Shown here: positions 17,996-28,244 of the stretch, one piece after another
How positions within the stretch are numbered: the stretch's first letter is position 1
Layout of the letters: every line of letters begins with the position of its first letter
Assembly (NCBI GenBank): GCA_026397175.1
Contig: JAPLVK010000021.1
Coordinates: forward strand, 1-53,259
Source of the DNA: Candidatus Berkelbacteria bacterium
GTDB lineage: Bacteria > Patescibacteriota > UBA1384 > DTJR01
Reading direction: 5' to 3'
Length of the DNA stretch: 53,259 nt
Program-made: the position numbers and the translations under genes
Notes under the pieces: model-generated
The model's database searches: none
Told to the model about the DNA's origin: nothing
The model's input: only the letters and a program-made list of their open reading frames with translations

Positions 17996-19000
17996 ATGGA
18001 AAATCAAAGAACAATTTTGGGAATTGACCCCGGGACGGGCAGATTGGGATGGGCGATTGTAGATCGCCAGCCGTCAGTCGTCGGCCGTACGCCGGAAAAC
18101 CGTGCGGCAAACGGCAAACCGCAAACGGTTTTAGTCGATTGTGGATTGATTGAAACGCCGGCCAAAACGCCACTTTCAGACCGATTAGAGTTGATTTTTA
18201 ACGAATTGCAAAAAATCATCAAAAAATATTCTCCTGACGAGATGGCGATTGAAGAGATATTTTTTGTAAAAAATGTTAAAACCGGAATTTCGGTCGCGCA
18301 CGCTCGAGGGGTGGCGATGCTTACCGCAAAAATTGCAAAAATGGAAATTTTTGAATACAAGCCAAACGAAATTAAACTCGGCATTTCGGGCTACGGGCAT
18401 GCGACCAAGGAGCAGATGGCGAAGATGGTTAAACTTCAACTCAAGTCGTGCGATGTTCGTCAAGATGATGTGGTAGACGCGATAGCTGTTGGCCTATACC
18501 ATCTTCAGGTGTATAAGCGCCCGAATGCGCTCGAATCGCATCCCGAATTATCACCCGAAAAAGAATGGAAACACCCAAATGCACCCGAAAGTAAAGTACT
18601 TTATCCTAAATTGAGTTATGAGATAGTGGGGGCTCTTTATAATTGTCACAACCATCTCGGCGGAGGATTGCAAGAGCGTTATTATCAGTCATTGGTTCGG
18701 GAAGAACTCAAGAAAAAAGGTTTAAAATTTGACGAGCAGAAAAAGCTCGCAATTAGAGGGCTACCATCTTATATGGGTAGATTCTTTCCCGATTTTATTA
18801 TTGGGGATAAAATTGTCCTTGAACTGAAAGTTGGAAGCAGAGTTAAGAAAAAAGATGTTGATCAGGTCATGGCTTACTTAAGGCAATCAGGGAAAGAGCT
18901 TGCAATAATTGCTCTTTTCCGACAAAATGAAGTTGTTACGAGACGATTGCTTTTGGGTTATTCGGGCGTGACTGATTCGGGCGAAAATTTGGGAAAATAA
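17996..19000 (+). CDS. ruvC: Holliday junction resolvase RuvC fused to a C-terminal GxxExxY nuclease-like domain
   Basis: ILGIDPG, AIEEIFF, VAHARGV, GYGHATKEQ, DDVVDAIAV; then GGGLQERYY, PDFII..KIVLELK, Q...YL. Confidence 0.9.
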   Translation: MENQRTILGIDPGTGRLGWAIVDRQPSVVGRTPENRAANGKPQTVLVDCGLIETPAKTPLSDRLELIFNELQKIIKKYSPDEMAIEEIFFVKNVKTGISVAHARGVAMLTAKIAKMEIFEYKPNEIKLGISGYGHATKEQMAKMVKLQLKSCDVRQDDVVDAIAVGLYHLQVYKRPNALESHPELSPEKEWKHPNAPESKVLYPKLSYEIVGALYNCHNHLGGGLQERYYQSLVREELKKKGLKFDEQKKLAIRGLPSYMGRFFPDFIIGDKIVLELKVGSRVKKKDVDQVMAYLRQSGKELAIIALFRQNEVVTRRLLLGYSGVTDSGENLGK

Positions 19001-19024
19001 TTTGAGTGTAATTAGGGAGTAACT

Positions 19025-20026
19025 GTGCCACAATTACGACAGAACATAATTACCGGTGAGTGGGTGGTTTTTGCGCCGGAGCGCGCGAAGCGACCAACCG
19101 ATTATATTTCGATTTCAACCGAGAGAAAGCAAAAAAAATCGGATTGTCCTTTTTGTATTGATTCCACCAAAAGTGAATATCCAAAACAAATCGAGGGACT
19201 TGAGAAAAAACACACTTTTGTTTTAAAAAACAAATTTCCGGCGTTTGTGGAGGATCCGGATTTGGAATCGGCGAAGTTATATAAAATAGAAGACGAATTT
19301 TACAATATGAAAATCGCGCTTGGCGGCCACGATGTGGTGGTTATAAAAGATCACGATCAGGAATTACCCGATTTTACGCCAGCCGTTTGGACTGATTTAA
19401 TCGAGACATTCAAGCAAAGATATAATTATTTCGACAAGATTGAAAATGTCGAATATGTGATGCCGATCTATAACCACGGCCCGCAAGCGGCCGCCTCGAT
19501 AGAACATCCGCACGCCCAGGTTTTTGCCTCTTCCGTTGTGCCAAATATCGTTTCGCGGGAACTTTCACACACCGCCAAATATTTTACCGAGCACAAATCA
19601 TGCGCTTTTTGCGATATGATCTCGCATGAAAAAGAGCAGAACACCAGATTGATTTTTGAAAATGATGATTTTGTCGCTTTGGCATTTTACGCCGCCAGAT
19701 TTCCGTTTGAGGTTTGGGTTTTACCCAAAAAACACCAATCGCATTTTAGGGATTTAACGGAGCAGACGACCGCGGCATTATCTGAAATGATGATTAAAAT
19801 TTTTGGGCGACTCAACGAAACCTTAAATGATCCTCCGCTCAACTTCTTTATTCACTCGGCCCCGGTTAATAAAGAAAAAAATGAAGAACTACCCAATTAT
19901 CATTGGCATATCGAAATTGCCCCGCGACTTTCGATTTATGGCGGCTACGAACTTGGGGCGGGTATGGTAATTGATATTATCACCCCGGAGCAGGCGGCGG
20001 AATATTTACGGATAGGAAAGAGATAA
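19025..20026 (+). CDS. galT: Galactose-1-phosphate uridylyltransferase
   Basis: RAKRP, CPFC, NKFPA, ASIEHPHAQ, YHWHIEI. Confidence 0.93.
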   Translation: MPQLRQNIITGEWVVFAPERAKRPTDYISISTERKQKKSDCPFCIDSTKSEYPKQIEGLEKKHTFVLKNKFPAFVEDPDLESAKLYKIEDEFYNMKIALGGHDVVVIKDHDQELPDFTPAVWTDLIETFKQRYNYFDKIENVEYVMPIYNHGPQAAASIEHPHAQVFASSVVPNIVSRELSHTAKYFTEHKSCAFCDMISHEKEQNTRLIFENDDFVALAFYAARFPFEVWVLPKKHQSHFRDLTEQTTAALSEMMIKIFGRLNETLNDPPLNFFIHSAPVNKEKNEELPNYHWHIEIAPRLSIYGGYELGAGMVIDIITPEQAAEYLRIGKR

Positions 20027-20084
20027 AAGCGATTGCATTTTTGCTAAATATCAGATAAACTAGGCCAAATTAAGCTTAAAATGT

Positions 20085-21359
20085 ATGAAAGTATTATTGG
20101 TAATGCAGTTTCCGCTTTCAGGAGCGGGGACAGGGACTTTTGTCAGCAAGCTTTCGGAAAAGCTCAACGAGCTTGAGGATATTGAGGTTGTGGTCGCTGC
20201 ACCGGATATTAAAGGCCCAAAGGGCGTTAAATTTTTTCCTATAAAACCGCCATTTAAAGCTGTTTTTGTTAGCCATCCGCAATATCCGAATGCAAAACGA
20301 TTTTCCGAGTTGAGCAGCAAGAAAATAACCGAATATTATTTATCGTATTTCCGGCAGTTGATTGAAATTGTTGAAGAGTATAAACCTGATGTTATCCATA
20401 TACACCATGCTTTTATGCTATCATGGATTGCTAATTATATCCGATCGCTTTACGGAATCGGCTATCTTGTTACGAGTCACGGAACCTGTGTCTATGCTGC
20501 ATCTCTTGATTTGAGGTTTAAGTCCTTGACCTCGCAGGCCTTACAGAAAGCCGTGGAAGTAACAGCTGTTTCTCATCATACCAAAAAGTGGCTTTGTAAG
20601 GTTTTTGGAGCAAAATTCCGTAATAAAGTGAAAGTAATTACAGGAGGAATTGACCTTGAGGCGTATAGTCGAGACCAGATAAGCTATGCTAGCATTGAAA
20701 AGAAATACAATCTAAAAGGAAAAGATGTGGTGATGTTTATTGGTCGCCTAACTAAAGAAAAAGGCGTTGAGTACTTGATTGATGCTGCCAAAAATATCGA
20801 TGCGGAGATTATTGTAATTGGTGACGGAAGCCATCGTAAATATCTTGAAAACTACACACGGCTAAAGGGAGCTAAAAATATCCGCTTTCTCGGCTACATT
20901 AAGCCCGATGAGACCCGTCAGTTTTACAAGAGGGCAAATGTGGTTGTGGTCCCGTCCGTTTGGGACGAACCGCTTGGATTGGTGATTCTTGAGGCGATGG
21001 CGATGGAAACCCCGGTTGTGGCTTCAAATAAAGGTGGTATTCCGCTTGCGGTCAAAGATGGTTATAATGGATTTTTAGTTAGGCCAAGAAGTGCCAAAGC
21101 CATCTCGGAGACCGTTAACAGGATTCTCAAAGACGAGATACTGGCGAGGAAATTGGGACAAAACGCTAGAAAATTTGTTGAAGAAAGATTCGGTTGGAAA
21201 AAAGCAATTGTTCCGAAATTTGTCGCTCTTTACAAAAAAGTGTCGCAAGCAACTAACTATATGCGAGATGAACGCTTGAGGGTTCAATTTGAGCGCGAAG
21301 AGCTGGAACGAGAAAAGCGCGAGCTGGCCGAAAAAATCGGACATACTTGGGGAAGATAA
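20085..21359 (+). CDS. Glycosyltransferase family 4
   Basis: GRLTKEKG; EPLGLVILEAMA (EX7E). Confidence 0.93.
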   Translation: MKVLLVMQFPLSGAGTGTFVSKLSEKLNELEDIEVVVAAPDIKGPKGVKFFPIKPPFKAVFVSHPQYPNAKRFSELSSKKITEYYLSYFRQLIEIVEEYKPDVIHIHHAFMLSWIANYIRSLYGIGYLVTSHGTCVYAASLDLRFKSLTSQALQKAVEVTAVSHHTKKWLCKVFGAKFRNKVKVITGGIDLEAYSRDQISYASIEKKYNLKGKDVVMFIGRLTKEKGVEYLIDAAKNIDAEIIVIGDGSHRKYLENYTRLKGAKNIRFLGYIKPDETRQFYKRANVVVVPSVWDEPLGLVILEAMAMETPVVASNKGGIPLAVKDGYNGFLVRPRSAKAISETVNRILKDEILARKLGQNARKFVEERFGWKKAIVPKFVALYKKVSQATNYMRDERLRVQFEREELEREKRELAEKIGHTWGR

Positions 21360-21378
21360 TAGAACTTAAGGAGATGTT

Positions 21379-22362
21379 ATGAAAGAAGTATCAATTATTA
21401 TACCAGCTTTCAAGAGGGTCGGTCAGACCCTTAAAACGCTAGATTTACTTTTTCTGTCGAATGGATTAGACGAGGAATTTATGGTGGAAATTATCGTTTC
21501 CGATGATAGTCTCGACAACAAACTCAAAGATGCGATTCAAAAGAAGTTTGGCGATAAGATTGTTTATTCCCAGCCCAACAAGAAAGGGATTGCTTCTAGC
21601 AAGAATAACGGAGCAAAAATTGCCCGCTTTCCCATTCTTATTTTTTGCGATTCTGATATGGAGGTTGAAAAAGACACAGTTTTAAATACAATCACGGCAT
21701 TAGAAAAGCACAAAACCGCGGGAGCTATCGGCGGGCAGGTGATTTGGAGAACGGGTCCGAAGGATGGAGAACATGATCGGCCGAGAAAAGAAGACAGAAT
21801 GATCACGGTTGATAAAACGACCTATACCGAAGCAATTTATTCTCGTTACATCGCTACATACAGGGATGTTTTCCTCGAGGTTGGCGGATATGATGAAGTG
21901 GTATTCAATATGAGAGGTGAGGGTTCTGATCTTTCGGTTAGATATTGGCGTGCCGGTTATCCGTTAGTATTTGACGAATCTCTCATCGTTCACCATGTTC
22001 ACGAGGTAGAAGGCGGAATTATTCGAGGCGTTGCTCATCCCGAATGGGGAATTGCCAAAGATCTTCTTATTTTGAGTTATAAGTACGATATTTCCGACGA
22101 TAAATACAAGAATTTTGTTGGTACGGTTATAGCGAACTTTGAAAAATTTGGTCCAGAGGGTTATTATCGAATTGTCGAAGGAATAGGTAAAAACTTGGAT
22201 TTTATCTGTAAAGTGAAGCCGATTATCGACGATAACAAAGCGAAGATGAAGGCGCAATATGACTTCAAATTTCTGGAGATTTTTTCAGATAAAAATTTGT
22301 TCGAGAGGTGCCTGAAGGCGGCTGACAAAAAGCTACAAAATTCGCGCAAAAATATTTTTTAA
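21379..22362 (+). CDS. Glycosyltransferase family 2
   Basis: VSIIIPAF, IIVSDD, FCDSD (DXD), VGGYDE. Confidence 0.9.
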   Translation: MKEVSIIIPAFKRVGQTLKTLDLLFLSNGLDEEFMVEIIVSDDSLDNKLKDAIQKKFGDKIVYSQPNKKGIASSKNNGAKIARFPILIFCDSDMEVEKDTVLNTITALEKHKTAGAIGGQVIWRTGPKDGEHDRPRKEDRMITVDKTTYTEAIYSRYIATYRDVFLEVGGYDEVVFNMRGEGSDLSVRYWRAGYPLVFDESLIVHHVHEVEGGIIRGVAHPEWGIAKDLLILSYKYDISDDKYKNFVGTVIANFEKFGPEGYYRIVEGIGKNLDFICKVKPIIDDNKAKMKAQYDFKFLEIFSDKNLFERCLKAADKKLQNSRKNIF

Positions 22363-22385
22363 GATATTTAAAACATAGGAGAACA

Positions 22386-23522
22386 ATGGATAAGAAAAAA
22401 TTAAAAATCGCGATCGTTTCAACAATTCACAACCCTATAACATTTTCTTTTTCGGGAGGCATTGAAGTTTTCAATTACAATTTATCAGCTGAACTTAGCA
22501 AGAAAAAAAGAGGCCATGAAGTTATTCTGTTTGCTTCGGGTGATTCGAAGGTTAAATCCAAACTATACCCTGCTTGTCCGAAGGCATTATTCGGAGGCGA
22601 CTTCAATCCGAATGATTCTCAAAGTATGAGAAAGGCAATCTACTACGAAAACCACTACTATATTAAAACAATGCAATATATCGCAAGGAACAATTTTGAC
22701 ATTATTCATCACAGCCATACAGCTTTTCTACCTATCTATCTTGGATATTTGTTTAAAATTCCCCAGATTATGACCACTCATATGACGGCCAATACTAATA
22801 TAACACTTAACCAAGACATCAACGAACTGCTACCGGATAAATCAGGGATCAATTTAGTTGCAATTTCAAAAAAGCAGGAAAGTATTCTCGGTGATCTTTC
22901 GTTTTATGCCAAGGTCTACAATGGGATTGAAATAGAAAGTTTTACTTTTACAGAAAAACCAAGTGATTATTTCTCGTGGTTAGGCAGGATAGCTCCCAAC
23001 AAAGGCACTAAAGAAGCAATCGAGTTGGCACTCGACGCTAAAGTCAAACTTAAGCTTGGAGGCACAACCGGGGTCGGAAAAACCGTGATTGAATATTTTG
23101 CAAGTATTAAGAAACATTTTAGCAATCCATTAATCTCATATCTTGGTCAGGTTGACGCCGATGAACGCAATACGCTCCTTGGTAAGTCGAGAGCATTTCT
23201 GTTCCCGATTAAATGGGAAGAGCCGTTTGGGTTGGTGATGATTGAGGCGATGGCTTGCGGAACTCCCGTTATTGCATATAAACTAGGTGCCGTTCCGGAA
23301 GTTATAAAAGATGGAGCAACCGGCTTCATCTGTAAGCCAGGTGATAAAGCGGGCTTTCTAAAAGCTATTAAAAAAATCGAGGAGATGCCGGAAGGCGAAT
23401 ATCTTCAAATGCGTCGCAATTGCCGTAAGCATGTCGAAGAAAATTTTACGGTTGAAAAAATGGTTGATGGATATGAAGAGGTCTATAAGAAAGTGATTGC
23501 GGATTTTTCTAAAAAGAACTAA
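22386..23522 (+). CDS. Glycosyltransferase family 4
   Basis: LGRIAPNKG; WEEPFGLVMIEAMACGTPV. Confidence 0.93.
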   Translation: MDKKKLKIAIVSTIHNPITFSFSGGIEVFNYNLSAELSKKKRGHEVILFASGDSKVKSKLYPACPKALFGGDFNPNDSQSMRKAIYYENHYYIKTMQYIARNNFDIIHHSHTAFLPIYLGYLFKIPQIMTTHMTANTNITLNQDINELLPDKSGINLVAISKKQESILGDLSFYAKVYNGIEIESFTFTEKPSDYFSWLGRIAPNKGTKEAIELALDAKVKLKLGGTTGVGKTVIEYFASIKKHFSNPLISYLGQVDADERNTLLGKSRAFLFPIKWEEPFGLVMIEAMACGTPVIAYKLGAVPEVIKDGATGFICKPGDKAGFLKAIKKIEEMPEGEYLQMRRNCRKHVEENFTVEKMVDGYEEVYKKVIADFSKKN

Positions 23523-23580
23523 AGAAAGCAAAATACACTGATTTGGGTTGCTAAATGGGTGGTTTTTATGGTAGGATTGG

Positions 23581-23673
23581 ATCACGCTAATCAAGCGAAT
23601 TCTATGCGAATCTCACGCGAATGAAATGCATTTATTAGCGCGAGATTAGCGACCCATTAGCGTGATTAGCGTG
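23581..23673. repeat. Inverted heptamer array (CGCTAAT/GCGAAT x4, then ATTAGCG x4)
   Basis: Directly visible intergenic array with mirror-complementary halves. Confidence 0.8.
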
Positions 23674-23697
23674 AAAAATAATTTTGTGAGGAAAAAA

Positions 23698-24795
23698 ATG
23701 AGCAACTATGCCGTTATTATGGCTGGGGGAACGGGGACACGACTTTGGCCGATGTCAAGGACTGCCAAACCAAAACAGTTCCACAAATTGGTTTCAGACA
23801 AAACCCTGATTCAGGAAACATACGATCGGGTTAAAAAGGCGATTCCGGCTGACAATATTTTTATTTCGACCAACACGAAATACGGAGAAGAGATAAAACG
23901 CCAATTACCGGATGTGCAAAGTGAAAATTTTATCATCGAGCCGGCTAAGAAAAACACCGCTCCGGCACTTTTGTATTTGGCCGCCGAAATTTATCGCAAA
24001 GACAAAGATGCAGTTATCGCAACTTTGGCCTCCGATCATGTGGTCCAAAATGTTGATGTGTTTTCAAATTCCCTAAAAACAGCGTTTAAGACGGCCGAAA
24101 AATATCCGGATCATCTTATTTTGGTTGGTATCAATCCGACCCGTCCCGATACCGGATTGGGGTATATCAAAATGGGTTCGGTCAGAACGGAAATTGATAA
24201 AGAAAGAATTTTCGAAGTTGATAAATTTTTGGAAAAACCGGATTTAAAAATGGCCGAAAAATATCTGCAGTCGTGGGAATATTTATGGAATGCGGCCTAT
24301 TATTTCTTTTCGGTCAAGCAACTTCTCGGCTGGTTTAAGGAGTTCGTTCCGAAAACATATAAGACAATTATGGAAATTGACAAACTTAAGGTGCAAGGTG
24401 GCAACGGGGCGACTCAAACCAAAATCAAAGAACTTTTTCAAAAAGTTGAAGACGAACAGTTTGAGACCGCTGTAATTGAAAAACTTGATCCCAAAAAAGT
24501 TCTGGTTATTCCGGCTGATTTGGGTTGGAGCGACATTGGAAATTGGGGAACGCTCCACGATGTATTAAGCGAAAATTATTCTTCCAGCATGATTTCAAAA
24601 GGACATCATCTCGATGTGGGCAGTGAAGGATGTTTGGTTTATGGCGGCGATAAAATGATCGCGACCATCGGATTAAAGGATGTTATTATTATTGACACAC
24701 CGGACGCGATTTTGGTGGCAAACAAGAATAAATCACAAGATGTTAAAAAACTTCTGGATAAATTCAAAGAAGAAGGAAAGCATTTATATCTATGA
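23698..24795 (+). CDS. manC: Mannose-1-phosphate guanylyltransferase
   Basis: VIMAGGTGTRLWPMSR..KPKQF, EPAKKNTAPA, FLEKP, WSDIGNW. Confidence 0.95.
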   Translation: MSNYAVIMAGGTGTRLWPMSRTAKPKQFHKLVSDKTLIQETYDRVKKAIPADNIFISTNTKYGEEIKRQLPDVQSENFIIEPAKKNTAPALLYLAAEIYRKDKDAVIATLASDHVVQNVDVFSNSLKTAFKTAEKYPDHLILVGINPTRPDTGLGYIKMGSVRTEIDKERIFEVDKFLEKPDLKMAEKYLQSWEYLWNAAYYFFSVKQLLGWFKEFVPKTYKTIMEIDKLKVQGGNGATQTKIKELFQKVEDEQFETAVIEKLDPKKVLVIPADLGWSDIGNWGTLHDVLSENYSSSMISKGHHLDVGSEGCLVYGGDKMIATIGLKDVIIIDTPDAILVANKNKSQDVKKLLDKFKEEGKHLYL

Positions 24796-24797
24796 AA

Positions 24798-24895
24798 CTC
24801 CCGAATGACACCCTAATTTATGACCCGAATATGCACTCGAATACCTTGAACTATTCGGGCGATAATTCGGGTAAGATTTGGGTGTATTGGGGAGT
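24798..24895. repeat. Inverted heptamer array (CCCGAAT x4, then ATTCGGG x4), empty copy
   Basis: Same units as those flanking the GxxExxY domain. Confidence 0.85.
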
Positions 24896-24910
24896 AAACC
24901 GGAGACTTCA

Positions 24911-26242
24911 ATGATTGATGAAAAAATTTTTAAGTCCTACGATGTCCGAGGTATTTATCCAACACAAATAAACGGTGAGGCGGCGTTTAAAATCGGCCAG
25001 GCCTTCGCCGATTATATCGGATCAGACATTGTGGTCGGTCGCGATATGAGAACATCGTCCGATGAGATATTTGAAAATTTTGCTAAAGGGGTCAACTCGC
25101 TTGGATTTAATGTAGTTGAACTTGGACTTTGCACGACCCCGATGTTGAATTTTGCCGTTGCAAGCCGGAATTTTAAGGGCGGTGCGATGATAACGGCGAG
25201 TCATAATCCTGCCGAATATAATGGAATCAAATTGATCGGCGAAAAAGCGGTGCAGTTAAGCAAAAACAAAGGAATTACCGAAATCAAAGAGTTGACTCTA
25301 AATAAAAAATTCGAGACATCAAACAAGCCGGGTGCTATCCAGGAACTCGATATTCTTGGTGATTATGTCAATTGGCTGGCATCAAAAATCGGCGAAGTTA
25401 AAAAATTTAAAATAGTGGTTGATTGCGGAAACGGAGTCGCCGGGATTTCGGCAAAACCGGTTTTTGAGAAACTAGGCCTTGATGTGGAAGAGCTATATTA
25501 TGAGCCGGACGGAACTTTTCCAAACCATGCCGCCAATCCAGCGGAAGATGAAAATCTGAAAGATGCCGAAGAAAAAGTTAAGCAAACCAAGGCCGATTTG
25601 GGAATTGTTTTTGATGGCGACGGCGACAGAGCGTTTTTTATTGACGAGTTTGGGAAAACACACAATGTGGGATTTTTGCTTGCGGCAATTGCGGAACATG
25701 AACTTAAAAACAAACCGGGCGAAAAAATTTATTACGATTTGAGATTTTCCAAAGGAGTTGTGGATACGATTAAAAAGGCCGGCGGAATTCCAATCAGAAC
25801 CAAAGTCGGCAATCCGTTTTACAAAGAACATCTTATTTTGGAAGGTGGTTTGATGGCAGCCGAGTATTCCGGCCATTTTATGTACAAAGAGCATTACGGT
25901 CTTGACGACGGACTTTTTTCGGCTTTAAAAGTTATGTATTGGCTGACCAAAACAGGCAAAACATACTCTGAATTTCTTGCGCCTTATGAAAAAAACCGTT
26001 TTGTTACGGGTGAAATCAATGTTAAAACAGAAGAATCGGGCAAAATCATCAACAAACTCAAAGAAAAATATAAAGATGGCAAGTTTGATGAATTAGACGG
26101 AATTACGGTGGAATATCCCGATTGGTGGTTTAATCTGCGATCTTCAAACACCGAGCCGGTTGTGCGGCTGAATATCGAAGCGGACAATTTCGAACTTCTT
26201 AGCGAGAAAAAAGAAGAATTACTCGATATAATCAATGGATAA
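24911..26242 (+). CDS. manB: Phosphomannomutase/phosphoglucomutase
   Basis: FKSYDVRG, TASHNP, FDGDGDR, RSSNTEP. Confidence 0.95.
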   Translation: MIDEKIFKSYDVRGIYPTQINGEAAFKIGQAFADYIGSDIVVGRDMRTSSDEIFENFAKGVNSLGFNVVELGLCTTPMLNFAVASRNFKGGAMITASHNPAEYNGIKLIGEKAVQLSKNKGITEIKELTLNKKFETSNKPGAIQELDILGDYVNWLASKIGEVKKFKIVVDCGNGVAGISAKPVFEKLGLDVEELYYEPDGTFPNHAANPAEDENLKDAEEKVKQTKADLGIVFDGDGDRAFFIDEFGKTHNVGFLLAAIAEHELKNKPGEKIYYDLRFSKGVVDTIKKAGGIPIRTKVGNPFYKEHLILEGGLMAAEYSGHFMYKEHYGLDDGLFSALKVMYWLTKTGKTYSEFLAPYEKNRFVTGEINVKTEESGKIINKLKEKYKDGKFDELDGITVEYPDWWFNLRSSNTEPVVRLNIEADNFELLSEKKEELLDIING

Positions 26243-26855
26243 TCAAACGGCAAAAATCAAGGTTTTTGTTGATTTAGACGATACTCTACTTGATACAGCC
26301 GCGATGAAACGCGACATATTTCAAAAAGTTGTTGATATGGGCGTGAGTGAAGATGTTGTTCGAGCAAAATATGAGGATGCGCGCAAAGAACATGGCGGCG
26401 ATTATTTAAAGCCGTTCGCCGAGTCATTTGCAATTTATGGTGTTGACAGCGAGCATCTTTATCTTGATCTTCAGCAAATAGCAACGGAAAGTGGGGAATA
26501 CTTGCTTGAAAATCGTTTGCTTTGGCTTGATCAATTTCAAGACAGCAAACACGAATTAATATTGCTAACTTACGGTAATCCGGATGTGCAAGAGCGAAAA
26601 GTGCAGGGTTCGCATTTGGAAAACATTTTTGAGGGTAAAGTTGTTTATGTAAAAGGGGATAAGGTTGCCGAGATCAGAAATATGATCGAGCCGGGTGAAA
26701 AATTTATATTTGTTGATGACAAACGGGAAATTATTGATAGTATAATAAAGGAGTATCCCGAGCAAGTCGAGGTCTGGCAGGCGGGAGAAAAAGAAAAAGA
26801 TCCCGAGGCATATTACAGCCCGTTAGATCTTGAACGGGAGGGAAGAAATTATTAA
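26235..26855 (+). CDS. HAD-superfamily hydrolase
   Basis: FVDLDDTL motif I, LLTYG, FVDDK. Confidence 0.8.
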   Translation: MDNQTAKIKVFVDLDDTLLDTAAMKRDIFQKVVDMGVSEDVVRAKYEDARKEHGGDYLKPFAESFAIYGVDSEHLYLDLQQIATESGEYLLENRLLWLDQFQDSKHELILLTYGNPDVQERKVQGSHLENIFEGKVVYVKGDKVAEIRNMIEPGEKFIFVDDKREIIDSIIKEYPEQVEVWQAGEKEKDPEAYYSPLDLEREGRNY

Positions 26856-26867
26856 AAGGAGACAACT

Positions 26868-27794
26868 ATGAGCAAAATTTTAGTTACGGGGGGAGCTGGA
26901 TTTATTGGATCAAATTTTTCAAATATGATGGCCGAGAAAGGTTATGATGTGACAGCTTTTGACGATTTGTCGTTTGGAGTTAAAGAAAATTTAAATGATA
27001 AAGTAAAGTTTGTCCAAGGCGATGTCAATAAAGCAGAAGATCTAGAAAAATGCGGCGATGATTTCGACTACATTTTGCATTTGGCGGCTTCTTCTTCGGC
27101 GCCAATGTTTGCAAAAGACATGTATTGGGCATATCAAAATAATGTTGCCGGGCACATCCGCGTTATGGAATTTGCCAAAAAAGTGGGGGCTAAAAAATTG
27201 CTTTTTGCTTCAACTTCGTCAATTTATGGCAATAATAAGACGCCTTTGACCGAAGATCAAGAAGTTACGCCGCCGAATCATTATTCGGTTACAAAATTTA
27301 CTCAAGAAGGCGCGTCGCGGGTCTTCAACAAAGCCGAGGGTCTTGAAATCATCGCGTTTCGATTTATGTCAATTTACGGCTTGCACGAAGATCACAAGAA
27401 GAATTTTGCCAATCTTGTGTCGCAGTTTATTTGGGGGATGGCCAAGGATGAAACACCGGTTTTGTATGGTGATGGAACGCAAGAGCGCGATTTTACTAAT
27501 GTTAAAGATGTCTGTCAGGGAATAGAAAAAGCGATGGAAACCGAGAAAAAATATGGATTTACGGTCTTTAATATCGGTACTCACACCGCGATTAATCTTC
27601 TGGATTTGGTCAAATTGATTAATAAAGTGATGGGCAAAAATATCGAGCCAAAACTTATTGAAAATCCGGTCAAAGAGGGCTATGTAAAATCCCAACTCGC
27701 CGACATCACTAAAGTCACCACCGAACTTGGTTATGAACCAACAGTTGGACTAGAAGAGGGAATAAAAGAGATAGTTGAGAATCTGAAAAAATAA
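26868..27794 (+). CDS. NAD-dependent epimerase/dehydratase
   Basis: VTGGAGFIGS, YSVTK (YxxxK), GDGTQERDF. Confidence 0.95.
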   Translation: MSKILVTGGAGFIGSNFSNMMAEKGYDVTAFDDLSFGVKENLNDKVKFVQGDVNKAEDLEKCGDDFDYILHLAASSSAPMFAKDMYWAYQNNVAGHIRVMEFAKKVGAKKLLFASTSSIYGNNKTPLTEDQEVTPPNHYSVTKFTQEGASRVFNKAEGLEIIAFRFMSIYGLHEDHKKNFANLVSQFIWGMAKDETPVLYGDGTQERDFTNVKDVCQGIEKAMETEKKYGFTVFNIGTHTAINLLDLVKLINKVMGKNIEPKLIENPVKEGYVKSQLADITKVTTELGYEPTVGLEEGIKEIVENLKK

Positions 27795-27929
27795 TTTTAT
27801 AGATTCGTGTGGTCATTGCGATCCCGCACTTTTTTTCGAAAAGTGCGGGAGAAGCAATCTCTTTATTTTAATTCTGTCATCTCGAGAGAAGCAAAGCGAA
27901 GTTGAGAGATCTAAAATGTTACAATTTAC

Positions 27930-27961
27930 TGTACAAATTTCTCGATCGAGAAATTTGTACA
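27930..27961. repeat. CGATCG-centred palindrome, family B (solo, perfect)
   Basis: TGTACAAATTTCTCGATCGAGAAATTTGTACA. Confidence 0.95.
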
Positions 27962-28029
27962 TGGGAATGAATCTGTTAGATTCCGATGATTACAAAATCA
28001 AGATGAACAGATGTATACGAGGGGATAGA

Positions 28030-28080
28030 TGCGAGGGTCCGTCCCTCGCACATAGTTCCTGCGAGGGACGGACCCTCGCA
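28030..28080. repeat. REPIN-like inverted doublet of 21-bp imperfect palindromes
   Basis: TGCGAGGGTCCGTCCCTCGCA, 9 nt, then its exact reverse complement. Confidence 0.85.
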
Positions 28081-28206
28081 ATGAATTAAGGGTTAGTTGG
28101 CAATTATTTTAATATACAATTTTTCCGTACAGAAAAATTGTATATTAAATTGAATCCGTAAAATAAATATTTTTTAAATTTCAGTTTTCTAGAAGGTTTT
28201 AAAATG

Positions 28207-28244
28207 AAAAGGCGTCCAGCTGTGTTAACACGGCTGGACGCCTT
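28207..28244 (-). terminator. Intrinsic terminator
   Basis: AAGGCGTCCAGC...GCTGGACGCCTT stem downstream of the minus-strand operon. Confidence 0.7.
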
